The notes: generated from the sequence alone by a model not told the origin. 24,000 nt of DNA from Pigmentiphaga sp. H8 (GCF_003854895.1 NZ_CP033966.1:1722689-1746688), one strand, 5' to 3'; counted from the stretch's first letter, positions 1 to 8,601 are shown. A program made the numbers and translations.

Positions 1-84
1 GCCGTCGAGGGCACGAGCGAGCGCCTGCGCGACAGCGCCGAGGTGGGCAACGCCTATTTCGGTGCCGAGGCCGCGGCGCATTGA
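1..84 (+). CDS. C-terminal fragment of a CDS cut by the window edge; tail loosely resembles LivF/LivG-type ABC ATPase C-termini
   Basis: Frame 1 reads AVEGTSERLRDSAEVGNAYFGAEAAAH* with TGA at 82-84. The EGT..RL..S..V..AYFG tail is similar in style to branched-chain amino-acid ABC ATPases, but it is too short to be certain. Confidence 0.35.
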   Translation, partial: AVEGTSERLRDSAEVGNAYFGAEAAAH

Positions 85-216
85 CCGAAGGTCCGCAGGG
101 CGTCTGATAACATAAGGCCGCTACGTCCTGTCGTGCCTTGTGCTTGCAGCCGCCTCCATCGAGCGTAAGGCACACGAGCCGGTTTGCCTGGTGGCTGCCA
201 GGCATCCGGGAATGCT

Positions 217-1143
217 ATGCATGAGACCATGGCCACCAAGTCTTTCTCATTCGAGCAGCTCGGCTGGGATCAGCTGCGTGCCCTGCTCGAGGTTGCCCGG
301 GGTGGTTCGCTGGAATCGGCCGCTAGGCGCCTGGGCGTCGACCAGTCCACGGTCAGCCGCAGGCTGGCGCAGGTCGAATACAGCGCCGGCTCCGCGCTGT
401 TCAAGCGCGACCGCAAGGGCTTGCAGCTCACGCCCATGGGACGCGACGTCCTGGTCCGTCTGGAACGCATGGAAGCCATGCTCCACGAGATCCAGGGCAT
501 CACGGCGCAGGGGCAGTCCGTCAGCGGCCGCGTCGTGATCGCCTCGATGGAAGGCGTGGGCGCGCTGCTCATCGCCCGCGCCGCGAAGGCCTTGCTGGAC
601 AGGCATCCCGGGCTCGAGGTCCATCTCGTCACCACGTCCAATTTCGTCGACATCGCCCGGCGCGAAGCCGACATCTTCGTCAGCTTCTTCGAACCGCCTT
701 CGGGTTCATTGACCACGCACGGCGTGGCCGAGGTGCCGTTCCAGCTGTATGCCAGCCCGGCCTACCTGGGCGACCGCCGGATTGCCGGTCCCGAGGACCT
801 GGCCGAGGATCTCTTCATCGGCTATATCGACGACCCCATGTACCTGCCCGCCGCGCGCTGGCTGGAGAGCATCATCGAGAAGCCCAGGATAGGCTTTCGC
901 GCGACCAGCATGTTCTCGCAGATGTTCGCCGCGCAGGAAGGTCTGGGCATCGTGATGCTGCCGTCCTACGCCAATGCGGAATCGCTGGGGCTGGTCAAGA
1001 TCATCGAGGACCGGTATTCCGAGGTGCCGCTGTTCGCCAGCGTGCAGCGCGACATGCAGTATCTGCCGCATATCCGGGTGGTGTTCGAGACGATCGCGGC
1101 GTATCTGCAGGAGAAGATAGGGACGGCGGCTTCCAGGAAGTAG
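217..1143 (+). CDS. LysR-family transcriptional regulator
   Basis: N-terminal wHTH (FEQLGWDQLRALLEVARGGSLESAARRLGVDQSTVSRRLAQVE...LTPMG) followed by an LTTR effector-domain-like region. The six-frame ORF starts at TTG 184; ATG 217 or ATG 229 is more likely. Confidence 0.9.
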   Translation: MHETMATKSFSFEQLGWDQLRALLEVARGGSLESAARRLGVDQSTVSRRLAQVEYSAGSALFKRDRKGLQLTPMGRDVLVRLERMEAMLHEIQGITAQGQSVSGRVVIASMEGVGALLIARAAKALLDRHPGLEVHLVTTSNFVDIARREADIFVSFFEPPSGSLTTHGVAEVPFQLYASPAYLGDRRIAGPEDLAEDLFIGYIDDPMYLPAARWLESIIEKPRIGFRATSMFSQMFAAQEGLGIVMLPSYANAESLGLVKIIEDRYSEVPLFASVQRDMQYLPHIRVVFETIAAYLQEKIGTAASRK

Positions 1144-1154
1144 GCCGCTGCCGG

Positions 1155-2063
1155 TCAAACGCAGGAAAACTCGCTGCCCACTTCCTGTACATGGGCGAGA
1201 AGCGAACGGCTTTCGTCCGTAAGCGGCGCGCGCTCCCGAAAGATGACGGCGATGTCGCGCTTGAGCGCGGGCACCGTGATCGGCAAGGCCTTGATCGTTC
1301 CTTCTTTCACGTCGTCCACGGCTGAATGCGCGGGTAGCAGGGCCAGATGATCGCTGGCGCTGATCAGGGTTTTCATGAAATCGATGGAGCCGCATTCCAC
1401 CAGGTGCCGGGGATTATCGACGACCTCCGAGGCCAGGAGTTTTTCCAGCGCGCCTCGCTGCGGACCGCTGATCACGGTGCAGACCCAGGGATAGCGGGCG
1501 AGGTTGGCCCACGTAAGCTCGGGCTGCTCGAACAACTCGTGGCCTGAACGGGCAAAGATGCACAGCCGATCCCGGAAGAGTACACGCTGCTTCAAGCCGT
1601 CGAGGAAGAAATCATAGAACTCGGTCTGGCCGACGATGAAATCGAACTCGCAGCGCAGCAGCCCCAGCAGCAGTTCCACCTGGATTTTCTCGACGACCCG
1701 GAGCAATACGTCGGGACGCTGGGCGCTCCATCGTGCGACCGCGAGCGGAATGACCGTGCTGGCAAGGCTGGGCAGGACGCCGATGACGATCATGCGGGAC
1801 TGCTCCCTGTCGCCTTTCAGTCTCGTCGAGGCGAGATCCATCTCGTCGCGGATGTGGCGGGCATGCGAGTAGATGAGTTCTCCGAGCATCGTGGGCTCGA
1901 TGCCCGCCGGGCTCCTGACCAGCAGCTTCATCCCGAGATCTTCTTCGAGCCGGTTCATCGACTTCGACAGCGCAGGCTGTGAAATGGCCAGCAGCCGGGC
2001 CGCCTTGGCCAGGCTGCCCTGCTCGATGATCGTGGCGAGGTACAGCAGCTTTCGAGGGTCCAT
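1155..2063 (-). CDS. LysR-family transcriptional regulator
   Basis: MDPRKLLYLATIIEQGSLAKAARLLAISQPALSKSMNRLEEDLGMKLLVRSPAGIEPTMLG is a canonical LTTR HTH. The ORF is open to 2138, but the first start fitting the family is near 2063. Confidence 0.92.
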   Translation of the reverse strand: MDPRKLLYLATIIEQGSLAKAARLLAISQPALSKSMNRLEEDLGMKLLVRSPAGIEPTMLGELIYSHARHIRDEMDLASTRLKGDREQSRMIVIGVLPSLASTVIPLAVARWSAQRPDVLLRVVEKIQVELLLGLLRCEFDFIVGQTEFYDFFLDGLKQRVLFRDRLCIFARSGHELFEQPELTWANLARYPWVCTVISGPQRGALEKLLASEVVDNPRHLVECGSIDFMKTLISASDHLALLPAHSAVDDVKEGTIKALPITVPALKRDIAVIFRERAPLTDESRSLLAHVQEVGSEFSCV

Positions 2064-2160
2064 GCCGGCTCTCGCGTGCGGAACGAGCTCGGGAAAATGT
2101 GCCAGGTCTTCCCATCTTACGCCGTTGGCAGCATTCACGCGGTCTCTCCCGGGCGGGCGC

Positions 2161-3156
2161 CTATTGGCTGGCCTGGATGTTGTTGTCCCTGATGACCTTG
2201 CCCCAACGCTCCGCTTCGCTCTTCATGTATGCCGTCGCCGAGGCGGAGTTGGTGGCGTCGGTGGCAAAGCCCAGTCCCGCGAAACGTTCCTGTACCGCCT
2301 TGTCCGTCACAGCCTTGGCGAAGGCGTCGTATAGCCGGGCGACGACTTCAGGAGGTGTCCTGGCGGGCGCAAGGAAGGCATACCACAAGCGGGGGTTGAA
2401 GTTGCCGTAACCCAGTTCACCCATCGTGGGGACGTCGGGCAGCGAGGCCAGCCGCTTTTCCGAGGTGATGGCGAGCAAACGTACCTTGCCGGTCGCGGCC
2501 AGCGAGCTTGCCTCGGCCGACGATGAGAAGAACAGCTGTACTTGATTGCCCAGCAGCGCCTGGACCGCGTCGGCACTGCCTCGGAAAGGAACGTGCAGTG
2601 CCGTGCCTCCCCAGTCGTTGACCAGGCGGGCGGCGGACAGGTGAGCCAGGGTGCCCACCCCGCCGGAGGCGTAGACGACGCCTTGCGGGGATTTCGCCGC
2701 TTTCTCGAGGTCGGCGAAGGACTGGATCTTCGATCCCACCGACACCACCGCCACCATGGGAAAGGAACCGATACCGAGAATCGGTACGAAATCCCGCTGC
2801 AGATCGTAGGCAAGCTTGGGCATCAATATCGATGCCACCACACCGGATGTGGTCAGACTCAGCACGGTGCAGCCGTCCGGCGCCGCCTTGGCGACGATGT
2901 CCGTGCCTATGGTCGTGGTGGCTCCCGCCCGATTCTCGATCACGATGGTCTTGCCAAGGTAGGTGCTTGCCTTTTCGGCGATGGCCCGGCTGATGACGTC
3001 GCCGACCCCGCCGGCGGGATTGGGTACGACCATCTTGATGTAGGGCGCGGCGCACCCCTCGGCGGCGCCGGCGTTCGCACCGGCGCCCAGGACGGCCGTG
3101 GCGAGCATGGCGAGGCGGGCAATGATTTTGCGGGTGTCGTACACGGCTGTCTCCAT
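2161..3156 (-). CDS. Bug-family (tripartite tricarboxylate transporter) periplasmic substrate-binding protein
   Basis: Signal peptide (MLATAVLGAGANAGA) followed by KMVVPNPAGGVGDVISRAIAEKASTYLGKTIVIENRAGATTTIGTDIVAKAAPDGCTVL, a typical Bug N-terminus, then GNFNPRLWYAFLAPARTPPEVVARLYDAFAKA. Confidence 0.93.
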   Translation of the reverse strand: METAVYDTRKIIARLAMLATAVLGAGANAGAAEGCAAPYIKMVVPNPAGGVGDVISRAIAEKASTYLGKTIVIENRAGATTTIGTDIVAKAAPDGCTVLSLTTSGVVASILMPKLAYDLQRDFVPILGIGSFPMVAVVSVGSKIQSFADLEKAAKSPQGVVYASGGVGTLAHLSAARLVNDWGGTALHVPFRGSADAVQALLGNQVQLFFSSSAEASSLAATGKVRLLAITSEKRLASLPDVPTMGELGYGNFNPRLWYAFLAPARTPPEVVARLYDAFAKAVTDKAVQERFAGLGFATDATNSASATAYMKSEAERWGKVIRDNNIQASQ

Positions 3157-3184
3157 TGGATTCTTGTAGTTGGATTCGTCCGAT

Positions 3185-4024
3185 TCAGAATTTCGGCAGA
3201 TTGATGCGGAAGAATTCCGTTTCCTCGCGTGCGGCGAAGCGCACGCAGCCATCATCGGGGTCGAGTTCGAAGGCCGTATGGGGCCCGTATTCGAGATCGC
3301 CGAGTTCGACGCGGCCTTTGCTTATGAAGAGCAGCTCGATCGAATCGCGGCGTCTGTCGTGATAAATCGCGTCGGCTTCCAGGTGAATGAAACCGACGCT
3401 GGCGCTGCGTTCCGTGAATGAACCCAGGTCCTTTCGGAAAACCCCGGAATCTTCGGTCGGAATCCATTCGTAATTGAACGGATTCATCATGACCAGGTCG
3501 TCATACCGTGGGCGGGAATATGTCAGTTTCCGCCCCATGGCTTTTTCGAAGCAAGCTTCGAAACCATCCTGGTTATGGCGTTTTCCATTTTCATCGTAGT
3601 AAGTGAAGATGCCGTCCTTGAATTCGCCGATCTTGGCCAGTTCGCTATTGGCCGCTTCGCGTTCTTCCACGCTCAGGAAACCATGGCCGCTTGCCCCGCC
3701 AAACTGGCACACCACCATTTCCAATCCTTCCGGCCTGTCCTGCGGGCCGTAATGGACGCTTTCGGGAAAATACCCCACCCAGCCTTCCGGCATGCTCTTG
3801 CCCTTGGCATAAGGGTAGTTTCCCTTCAGGACGTAGCGGATCTGGTCGAAATTGTGCCGGTGGCGCGGCGCGGTCCATCCTCCCGCGCCGGTGCGTCCGA
3901 CATTCAAGAGATAGTTATTCGGCGATCCATCTTTTCCAGTAAGAAGGAATTTCTGGGCCAGCACGCCTTCTCTCATGGTTCCGACGACTCCCGATTCCGC
4001 CGTGGCCTTTTCCGAGATTTTCAT
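3185..4024 (-). CDS. Cupin-domain protein, function unknown
   Basis: MKISEKATAESGVVGTMREG... with a cupin-like metal motif region (PRHRHNFDQIRYVLKGNYPYAKGKSMPEGWVGYFPESVHYGPQ) and a second jelly-roll-like repeat (IELLFISKGRVELGDLEYGPHTAFELDPDDG). AGGAGG-like SD sits just upstream of ATG 4024. Confidence 0.75.
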   Translation of the reverse strand: MKISEKATAESGVVGTMREGVLAQKFLLTGKDGSPNNYLLNVGRTGAGGWTAPRHRHNFDQIRYVLKGNYPYAKGKSMPEGWVGYFPESVHYGPQDRPEGLEMVVCQFGGASGHGFLSVEEREAANSELAKIGEFKDGIFTYYDENGKRHNQDGFEACFEKAMGRKLTYSRPRYDDLVMMNPFNYEWIPTEDSGVFRKDLGSFTERSASVGFIHLEADAIYHDRRRDSIELLFISKGRVELGDLEYGPHTAFELDPDDGCVRFAAREETEFFRINLPKF

Positions 4025-4057
4025 GGATCCTCCTGCCGTTTTCTTGAAGGGACTTTC

Positions 4058-4137
4058 GATAATGTCCGCAGAGTCTAGAGACGAGATTGGCCGATAACAA
4101 GCGGCCACGCTTCACGGATATAACTCGAGGTTATCGG
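4058..4137. promoter_or_regulatory. Candidate operator region in the divergent intergenic between the cupin gene and the aldolase gene
   Basis: Exact inverted repeat CCGATAAC (4091-4098) / GTTATCGG (4130-4137), a nested ATAAC-TCGAG-GTTAT palindrome (4120-4134), and a third GATAA at 4058-4062. A GGCCG(N8)CGGCC hairpin (4089-4106) overlaps the left arm. Confidence 0.35.
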
Positions 4138-4264
4138 AGGAGATTCGGGGCGCCGCAAAATTCTTGACGCTGACGGGGGCTCGCAACGACCATGGCGTCG
4201 TGCGGCCGTTGCGGTCCATTCATGTGGGCCGGTTTTCAATGCTGGATAAACCGCGGATATATAT

Positions 4265-5083
4265 ATGGAAGAATCTCCTCGTGACCTGGTGCGAAATCGC
4301 GTCAAGGAAAAGCTGGCGGGAAACGAGCTCGTGCTGTCGATGGCGGTGCGGCTCGTTCGATCGATCGAGATCGTCAGCATTGCGCAGAGCGCCGGCTTCG
4401 ATTCCTTCTACGTGGATCTGGAACACAGTAGCTTTTCCCTGGAAGCCACCTCGCAGTTGTGCATCGCGGGCCTGAGCCTGGGAGTGACGCCGTTCGTGCG
4501 GGTGCCTTCGATTTCCCCCGATTGCATCGCAGGCGTGCTCGATGGCGGCGCGCTCGGCGTCATAGCGCCGCACGTCCAGGGCGCGGACGAAGCGGCCCGG
4601 GTGGTCCGTGCCGCGAAATACCCGCCGTCCGGCTCCCGCTCGTTCACCGGGGCGTTGCCGCATGTGCGTTTTCGGAGCTTTCCCGCCATCGAGGTGAGCG
4701 CGGCCATCGATGCCGCCACGATGGTGATCATCATGATCGAGTCGGCCGCCGCGCTGGAAGCCGCGGAGGCCATCGCGGCCGTCGAGGGGGTCGACATGCT
4801 GTTCATCGGCACCAATGACCTGTGCGCCGAACTGGGCATCCCGGGGCAGTTGGACCATCCGACGATCCGCCAGGCCTACGCCACATGCATGCGTGCCTGC
4901 GCGTCGAATGGAAAGCATCTGGGCATAGGAGGCTTGAACGCGAATCCCGCGCTCGCGGCGGATTTCGTCAAGCTGGGCGCCCGTTATGTGTCGACCGGCA
5001 CCGACCTGTCGTTCCTGGCGGCTGGAGCGGCCGCCAAGACCAGGCAGATGCGCGAACGCTTTTCTCCACCGTCTTTCAACTGA
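4265..5083 (+). CDS. HpcH/HpaI aldolase/citrate lyase family protein
   Basis: NRVKEKLAGNELVLSMAVRL...SAGFDSFYVDLEHSSFSLEATSQL...PFVRVPS...SGSRSF...IIMIESAAALEAAEAIAAVEGVDMLFIGTNDLCAELGIPG matches the family layout (catalytic His in EH, Arg, metal-binding Glu and Asp). Confidence 0.92.
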   Translation: MEESPRDLVRNRVKEKLAGNELVLSMAVRLVRSIEIVSIAQSAGFDSFYVDLEHSSFSLEATSQLCIAGLSLGVTPFVRVPSISPDCIAGVLDGGALGVIAPHVQGADEAARVVRAAKYPPSGSRSFTGALPHVRFRSFPAIEVSAAIDAATMVIIMIESAAALEAAEAIAAVEGVDMLFIGTNDLCAELGIPGQLDHPTIRQAYATCMRACASNGKHLGIGGLNANPALAADFVKLGARYVSTGTDLSFLAAGAAAKTRQMRERFSPPSFN

Positions 5084-5096
5084 GGAAGAACAAGAC

Positions 5097-5387
5097 ATGG
5101 CCAAGGCCTATTGGGTTGCGACCTACCGCTCGATCAACGATCCCGCCGCACTGGCGGAGTACGGCAAGCTTGCCGGCCCGGCTCTTCAGGCGGCCGGCGG
5201 AAGGTTCGTCGCCCGTGGCCTGCCTGCCGTTGCCTACGAGTCCGGAGTCAACGAGCGTGTCGTCCTGATCGAGTTCGACAGCGCGCAGCAGGCGATCGCC
5301 GCCCACGACGGTGCCGGATACCAGGCGGCCCTGAAGGCCCTGGGCAACGGTGCCGAGCGGGACGTCCGCATCGTCGACGGCCTGTAG
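5097..5387 (+). CDS. DUF1330 domain-containing protein (dimeric alpha/beta barrel type)
   Basis: MAKAYWVATYRSINDPAALAEYGKLAGPALQAAGGRFVARGLPAVAYESGVNERVVLIEFDSAQQAIAAHDGAGYQAALKALGNGAERDVRIVDGL. Starts at ATG 5097 with GGAAGAA upstream. The ORF-track start at 4986 is upstream read-through. Confidence 0.87.
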   Translation: MAKAYWVATYRSINDPAALAEYGKLAGPALQAAGGRFVARGLPAVAYESGVNERVVLIEFDSAQQAIAAHDGAGYQAALKALGNGAERDVRIVDGL

Positions 5388-5426
5388 CCCGCCGCTGAAT
5401 CCAGAAGACACATATCGGGAGACATC

Positions 5427-6395
5427 ATGGATCAGAGCAAACGGCGGCTGCTGCTGGCGGCCGCCGCGACGGTTCCGGCCATGGCCGCGGCGCAACTGCC
5501 CACCGCCAGGCCGGTCAAGATCATCACTCCGTTCCCCGTGGGCACCGGGCCGGACAACGTCATGCGGCTCCTGGGGGAAAAACTCTCCCGGGCATGGGAC
5601 GTCCCGGTGATCATCGACAACCGCACCGGTGGCAACGGCTGGATCGCGATAGAGGCGGCCAAGCGTGCCGCCCCGGACGGGTACACGCTGCTTCAGCTGG
5701 ACACTTCGTTTTTCACCGTGCAGCCGTATGTCTACAAGAAACTGCCCTTCGATCCCTTCAAGGACTTCGAACCGGTAAGTCCCTTGTTCACGAACAACTA
5801 TTTCATCGTTGTCGCCACCGACTCCAAGTGGCGCGATGTCCGTGATCTGGCGGCAGCCGCGAAGGCGGCCCAGGGCAAGCTGCCGTTCGGTTCTTCCGGG
5901 ATCGGCAGCCAGCTTCACATCAATGCCGAAATGCTCGCATCGGCATTGCATACGCCGATGACGCACATACCGATCAGGGAAACGCCCCAGATCTACGTCT
6001 CCATCGCGCGCGGCGACCTGGCATGGGCATATGGCACCGGCTCGACCGCGGGGCCGCTCCACAAGTCGAAGAAGGTCAGGTTCCTCGCGCTGGCGGCGCC
6101 GTCGCGGCATCCGAGCTATCCGGATGTTCCGACCGTTGCCGAGGCGGGCGGCCCGAACATCGAGGCACGCGGCTGGACCGCCTTGTTCGCTCCGGCCGGT
6201 TCGCCCAAGCCGCTCATCAACCGCATGAACGCGGACATTCGCCGCATGCTGATGGAGCCGGACGTTCAAGAGCGTCTCGAGGCGGTCACCTTCCTGCCCT
6301 GGGCGGCGGAGCCGGCGGAGCTCCAGAGGGTGGCCGCAGCCGATTCGAAGCAGATCGGCGAGGTGGTGAAGTCCCTGAAGATATCGCTCGACTGA
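5427..6395 (+). CDS. Bug-family (TTT) substrate-binding protein
   Basis: RR-containing signal peptide, then RPVKIITPFPVGTGPDNVMRLLGEKLSRAWDVPVIIDNRTGGNGWIAIEAAKRAAPDGYTLL; SD GGGAG upstream of ATG. Confidence 0.93.
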   Translation: MDQSKRRLLLAAAATVPAMAAAQLPTARPVKIITPFPVGTGPDNVMRLLGEKLSRAWDVPVIIDNRTGGNGWIAIEAAKRAAPDGYTLLQLDTSFFTVQPYVYKKLPFDPFKDFEPVSPLFTNNYFIVVATDSKWRDVRDLAAAAKAAQGKLPFGSSGIGSQLHINAEMLASALHTPMTHIPIRETPQIYVSIARGDLAWAYGTGSTAGPLHKSKKVRFLALAAPSRHPSYPDVPTVAEAGGPNIEARGWTALFAPAGSPKPLINRMNADIRRMLMEPDVQERLEAVTFLPWAAEPAELQRVAAADSKQIGEVVKSLKISLD

Positions 6396-6414
6396 CGCAA
6401 CCAAGGAATCCGCA

Positions 6415-8571
6415 ATGCCCACGCCCCCCCCTGATTGGGATCCTCTTGCGCCTGCCCGGCATGGAGACCCCGCCGAGGTCTACGGCGGCCTGAGGGAGAA
6501 ATGCCCCGTTGCCTGGAGCGACCGTTTCGATGGCTTCTACGCGATATCCCGCTTCGACGATGTCGTGAAGGCCGCGCTCGACGTGGAAACCTACTCCAGC
6601 GCCAAGGCAACGATTCCCGATAACGCGGGACCGGACCGTCCACCGCGCGCCCCTGTCGAAGTGGATCCGCCGGTGCACGGGGATTTCCGCGACGTCCTGA
6701 ACCGCTTCTTCACGCCCGATCGCATACGGTTGCTGGAGCCGGTGATCCGGCGCACCGCCCGGAGCCTGCTGGGCCGCTGCATCGCGCTTGGCGAAACGGA
6801 TGTCGTGGCGAATTTCACGTTCTACATGCCTATCCAGGTCCAGTGTACGTTCCTGGGCATCTCCCCCGATGACGGCGAGAGGATCAAGAACACCATCAAT
6901 CGGATCATCCATGCGGGAGCGGTGGGGGATGCGAGCGAGCACAAGAAGTCCAACGACGAGATCTACGCATATATCGAGTCGATCATCGACGCACGGCGCA
7001 GGACCCCATACGATCCCAACGATGTGATCAGCGCCCTCATCCATGAAAAGGTGGGCGGGCGGACGCTGACCGACGCGGACATCGCGGGAGTCATCCGTCT
7101 TTTCCTCCAGGCGGGCCATGGCACGACCACGCATGCCCTGGGCAGCATCATCCGCTACGTCGGTACCGTGCCCGCGGACCAGAAGCGGCTGAGAGAAAAG
7201 CCCGGGCTCATTCCCCAGGCGATCGAAGAGATCCTGCGGGTCTGGAGCCCCGTACGGGCGGTAGGCCGCAAGACGACCTGCGACGTGGAAGTCGCGGGCA
7301 GGCTGATTCCCAAAGGCTCGAAAGTCGGGTTGATGATCGCGTCGGCGAACCGGGATCCGGAAGCCTTCGAAGACGCGGACAGGGTGGACTTCGACAGGAA
7401 ACCCAATCGGCACATTGCGCTGGGATATGGCATTCACCGCTGCGTGGGAGCTGCGCTGGCCCGTGCCCAGTTGCGTGTGGCGCTGGAAGAACTGCTTTCG
7501 ATGACCGACGACGTCGTCGTCACCGGAGAGCCGGAATTCAGCAGTTGGTCGCACAATGGCCCGTCGAAGCTGATGGTCAGGCTGAAGCCGGCCACGCAGG
7601 CCGCGGGGGCTCCCGTCATCCGTGCGGGGCACAAGGAACTGTCCATGGCGGTGGGCGGCATCCGTCCCGTTGCCACGGACGTCATCGAACTGGAGCTTCG
7701 TCCTTCCTCCGGCATGGAGCTTCCGGAATGGACTCCCGGCGCGCATATCGATCTGGTACTGCCTGGCGACCTGAGGCGTTCCTATTCTCTGGTCGGTGCT
7801 CCGGCCGATCGTTCGTGCTGGCGGATCGCGGTGCTACGCGAAGCGACGGGGCGGGGCGGTTCGGACGCCATACACCGGATGAAGACCGGCGACACCATGC
7901 GTGTGCGATGGCCGACGAACAACTTCGTCCTGCGGGCGGCGCCAAATTATCATTTCTTCGCGAGCGGCATCGGCATCACACCCATCTTGTCCATGGCGCA
8001 AGCCGCGCGCGCTCAGGGAACGCCATTCAGGCTGGATTACATAGGCAGAAGCCGGGAAAGGTTGGCGTATCTCGACCGGGTCTCCGGGCTTGGGGACGTC
8101 CATTGTCACTTTACGTCGGAGTCCGGGCGTCCGGAGCTGGGTGAGCTGCTGGGCAGAACCGACCCTTCCGCTCCCGTCTATGCGTGCGGATCGCAGGATT
8201 TCCTGCTCGCGCTGGAGGCCGCTGCGACGGCGCTTGGGCGGTCGTTCCACACCGAGTGGTTCGCGCCAAGGCCCGGGGCGCGTCAAGCCGGAGACGGAGC
8301 GCTCGAGGCTTTCACCGTGCGGCTGGAACGCTCCAACGTCGAGGTTGGCGTTCTACCCGGCCAGTCGATCATCGACGCCTGCGCGGAGGCCGGCGTATCC
8401 ATTCCGGCATCCTGCTTCGAGGGTACCTGCGGTTCGTGCCTGTCGACGGTGCTGGAGGGCGTTCCGGATCATCGTGACTCGTTTCTCTCGCCCAATGAGC
8501 GGAAGTCGAACCGGCTCATGGCCGCCTGTGTGTCCAAGTCGATGACGGCCAAGCTCGTGCTGGATTGGTGA
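6415..8571 (+). CDS. Self-sufficient cytochrome P450: N-terminal P450 fused to phthalate-dioxygenase-reductase-like flavin/NAD domain and C-terminal plant-type [2Fe-2S] ferredoxin
   Basis: 718 aa. P450 motifs: I-helix AGHGTTTHALG, EEILR, heme loop HIALGYGIHRCVG. Reductase motifs: WTPGAHIDLVLPGDLRRSYSLVGAP and FFASGIGITPILSMA. Ferredoxin: CFEGTCGSCLSTVLEGVPDHRDSFLS...NRLMAACVS. One uninterrupted frame with SD AAGGA before ATG 6415. Confidence 0.95.
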   Translation: MPTPPPDWDPLAPARHGDPAEVYGGLREKCPVAWSDRFDGFYAISRFDDVVKAALDVETYSSAKATIPDNAGPDRPPRAPVEVDPPVHGDFRDVLNRFFTPDRIRLLEPVIRRTARSLLGRCIALGETDVVANFTFYMPIQVQCTFLGISPDDGERIKNTINRIIHAGAVGDASEHKKSNDEIYAYIESIIDARRRTPYDPNDVISALIHEKVGGRTLTDADIAGVIRLFLQAGHGTTTHALGSIIRYVGTVPADQKRLREKPGLIPQAIEEILRVWSPVRAVGRKTTCDVEVAGRLIPKGSKVGLMIASANRDPEAFEDADRVDFDRKPNRHIALGYGIHRCVGAALARAQLRVALEELLSMTDDVVVTGEPEFSSWSHNGPSKLMVRLKPATQAAGAPVIRAGHKELSMAVGGIRPVATDVIELELRPSSGMELPEWTPGAHIDLVLPGDLRRSYSLVGAPADRSCWRIAVLREATGRGGSDAIHRMKTGDTMRVRWPTNNFVLRAAPNYHFFASGIGITPILSMAQAARAQGTPFRLDYIGRSRERLAYLDRVSGLGDVHCHFTSESGRPELGELLGRTDPSAPVYACGSQDFLLALEAAATALGRSFHTEWFAPRPGARQAGDGALEAFTVRLERSNVEVGVLPGQSIIDACAEAGVSIPASCFEGTCGSCLSTVLEGVPDHRDSFLSPNERKSNRLMAACVSKSMTAKLVLDW

Positions 8572-8601
8572 GCTCCAGGCATGCCGCAAAGGTGGCGCTT
8601 C

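Noticed and set aside
4257-4266. (AT)5 tract as a phase-variable repeat
   Set aside because: Only five dinucleotide units and located before the coding frame. Too short to argue for slipped-strand phase variation.
6286-7746. 486-aa minus-strand ORF opposite the P450 gene
   Set aside because: Antisense shadow of a strongly supported P450 CDS. No recognisable motifs and low-complexity composition.
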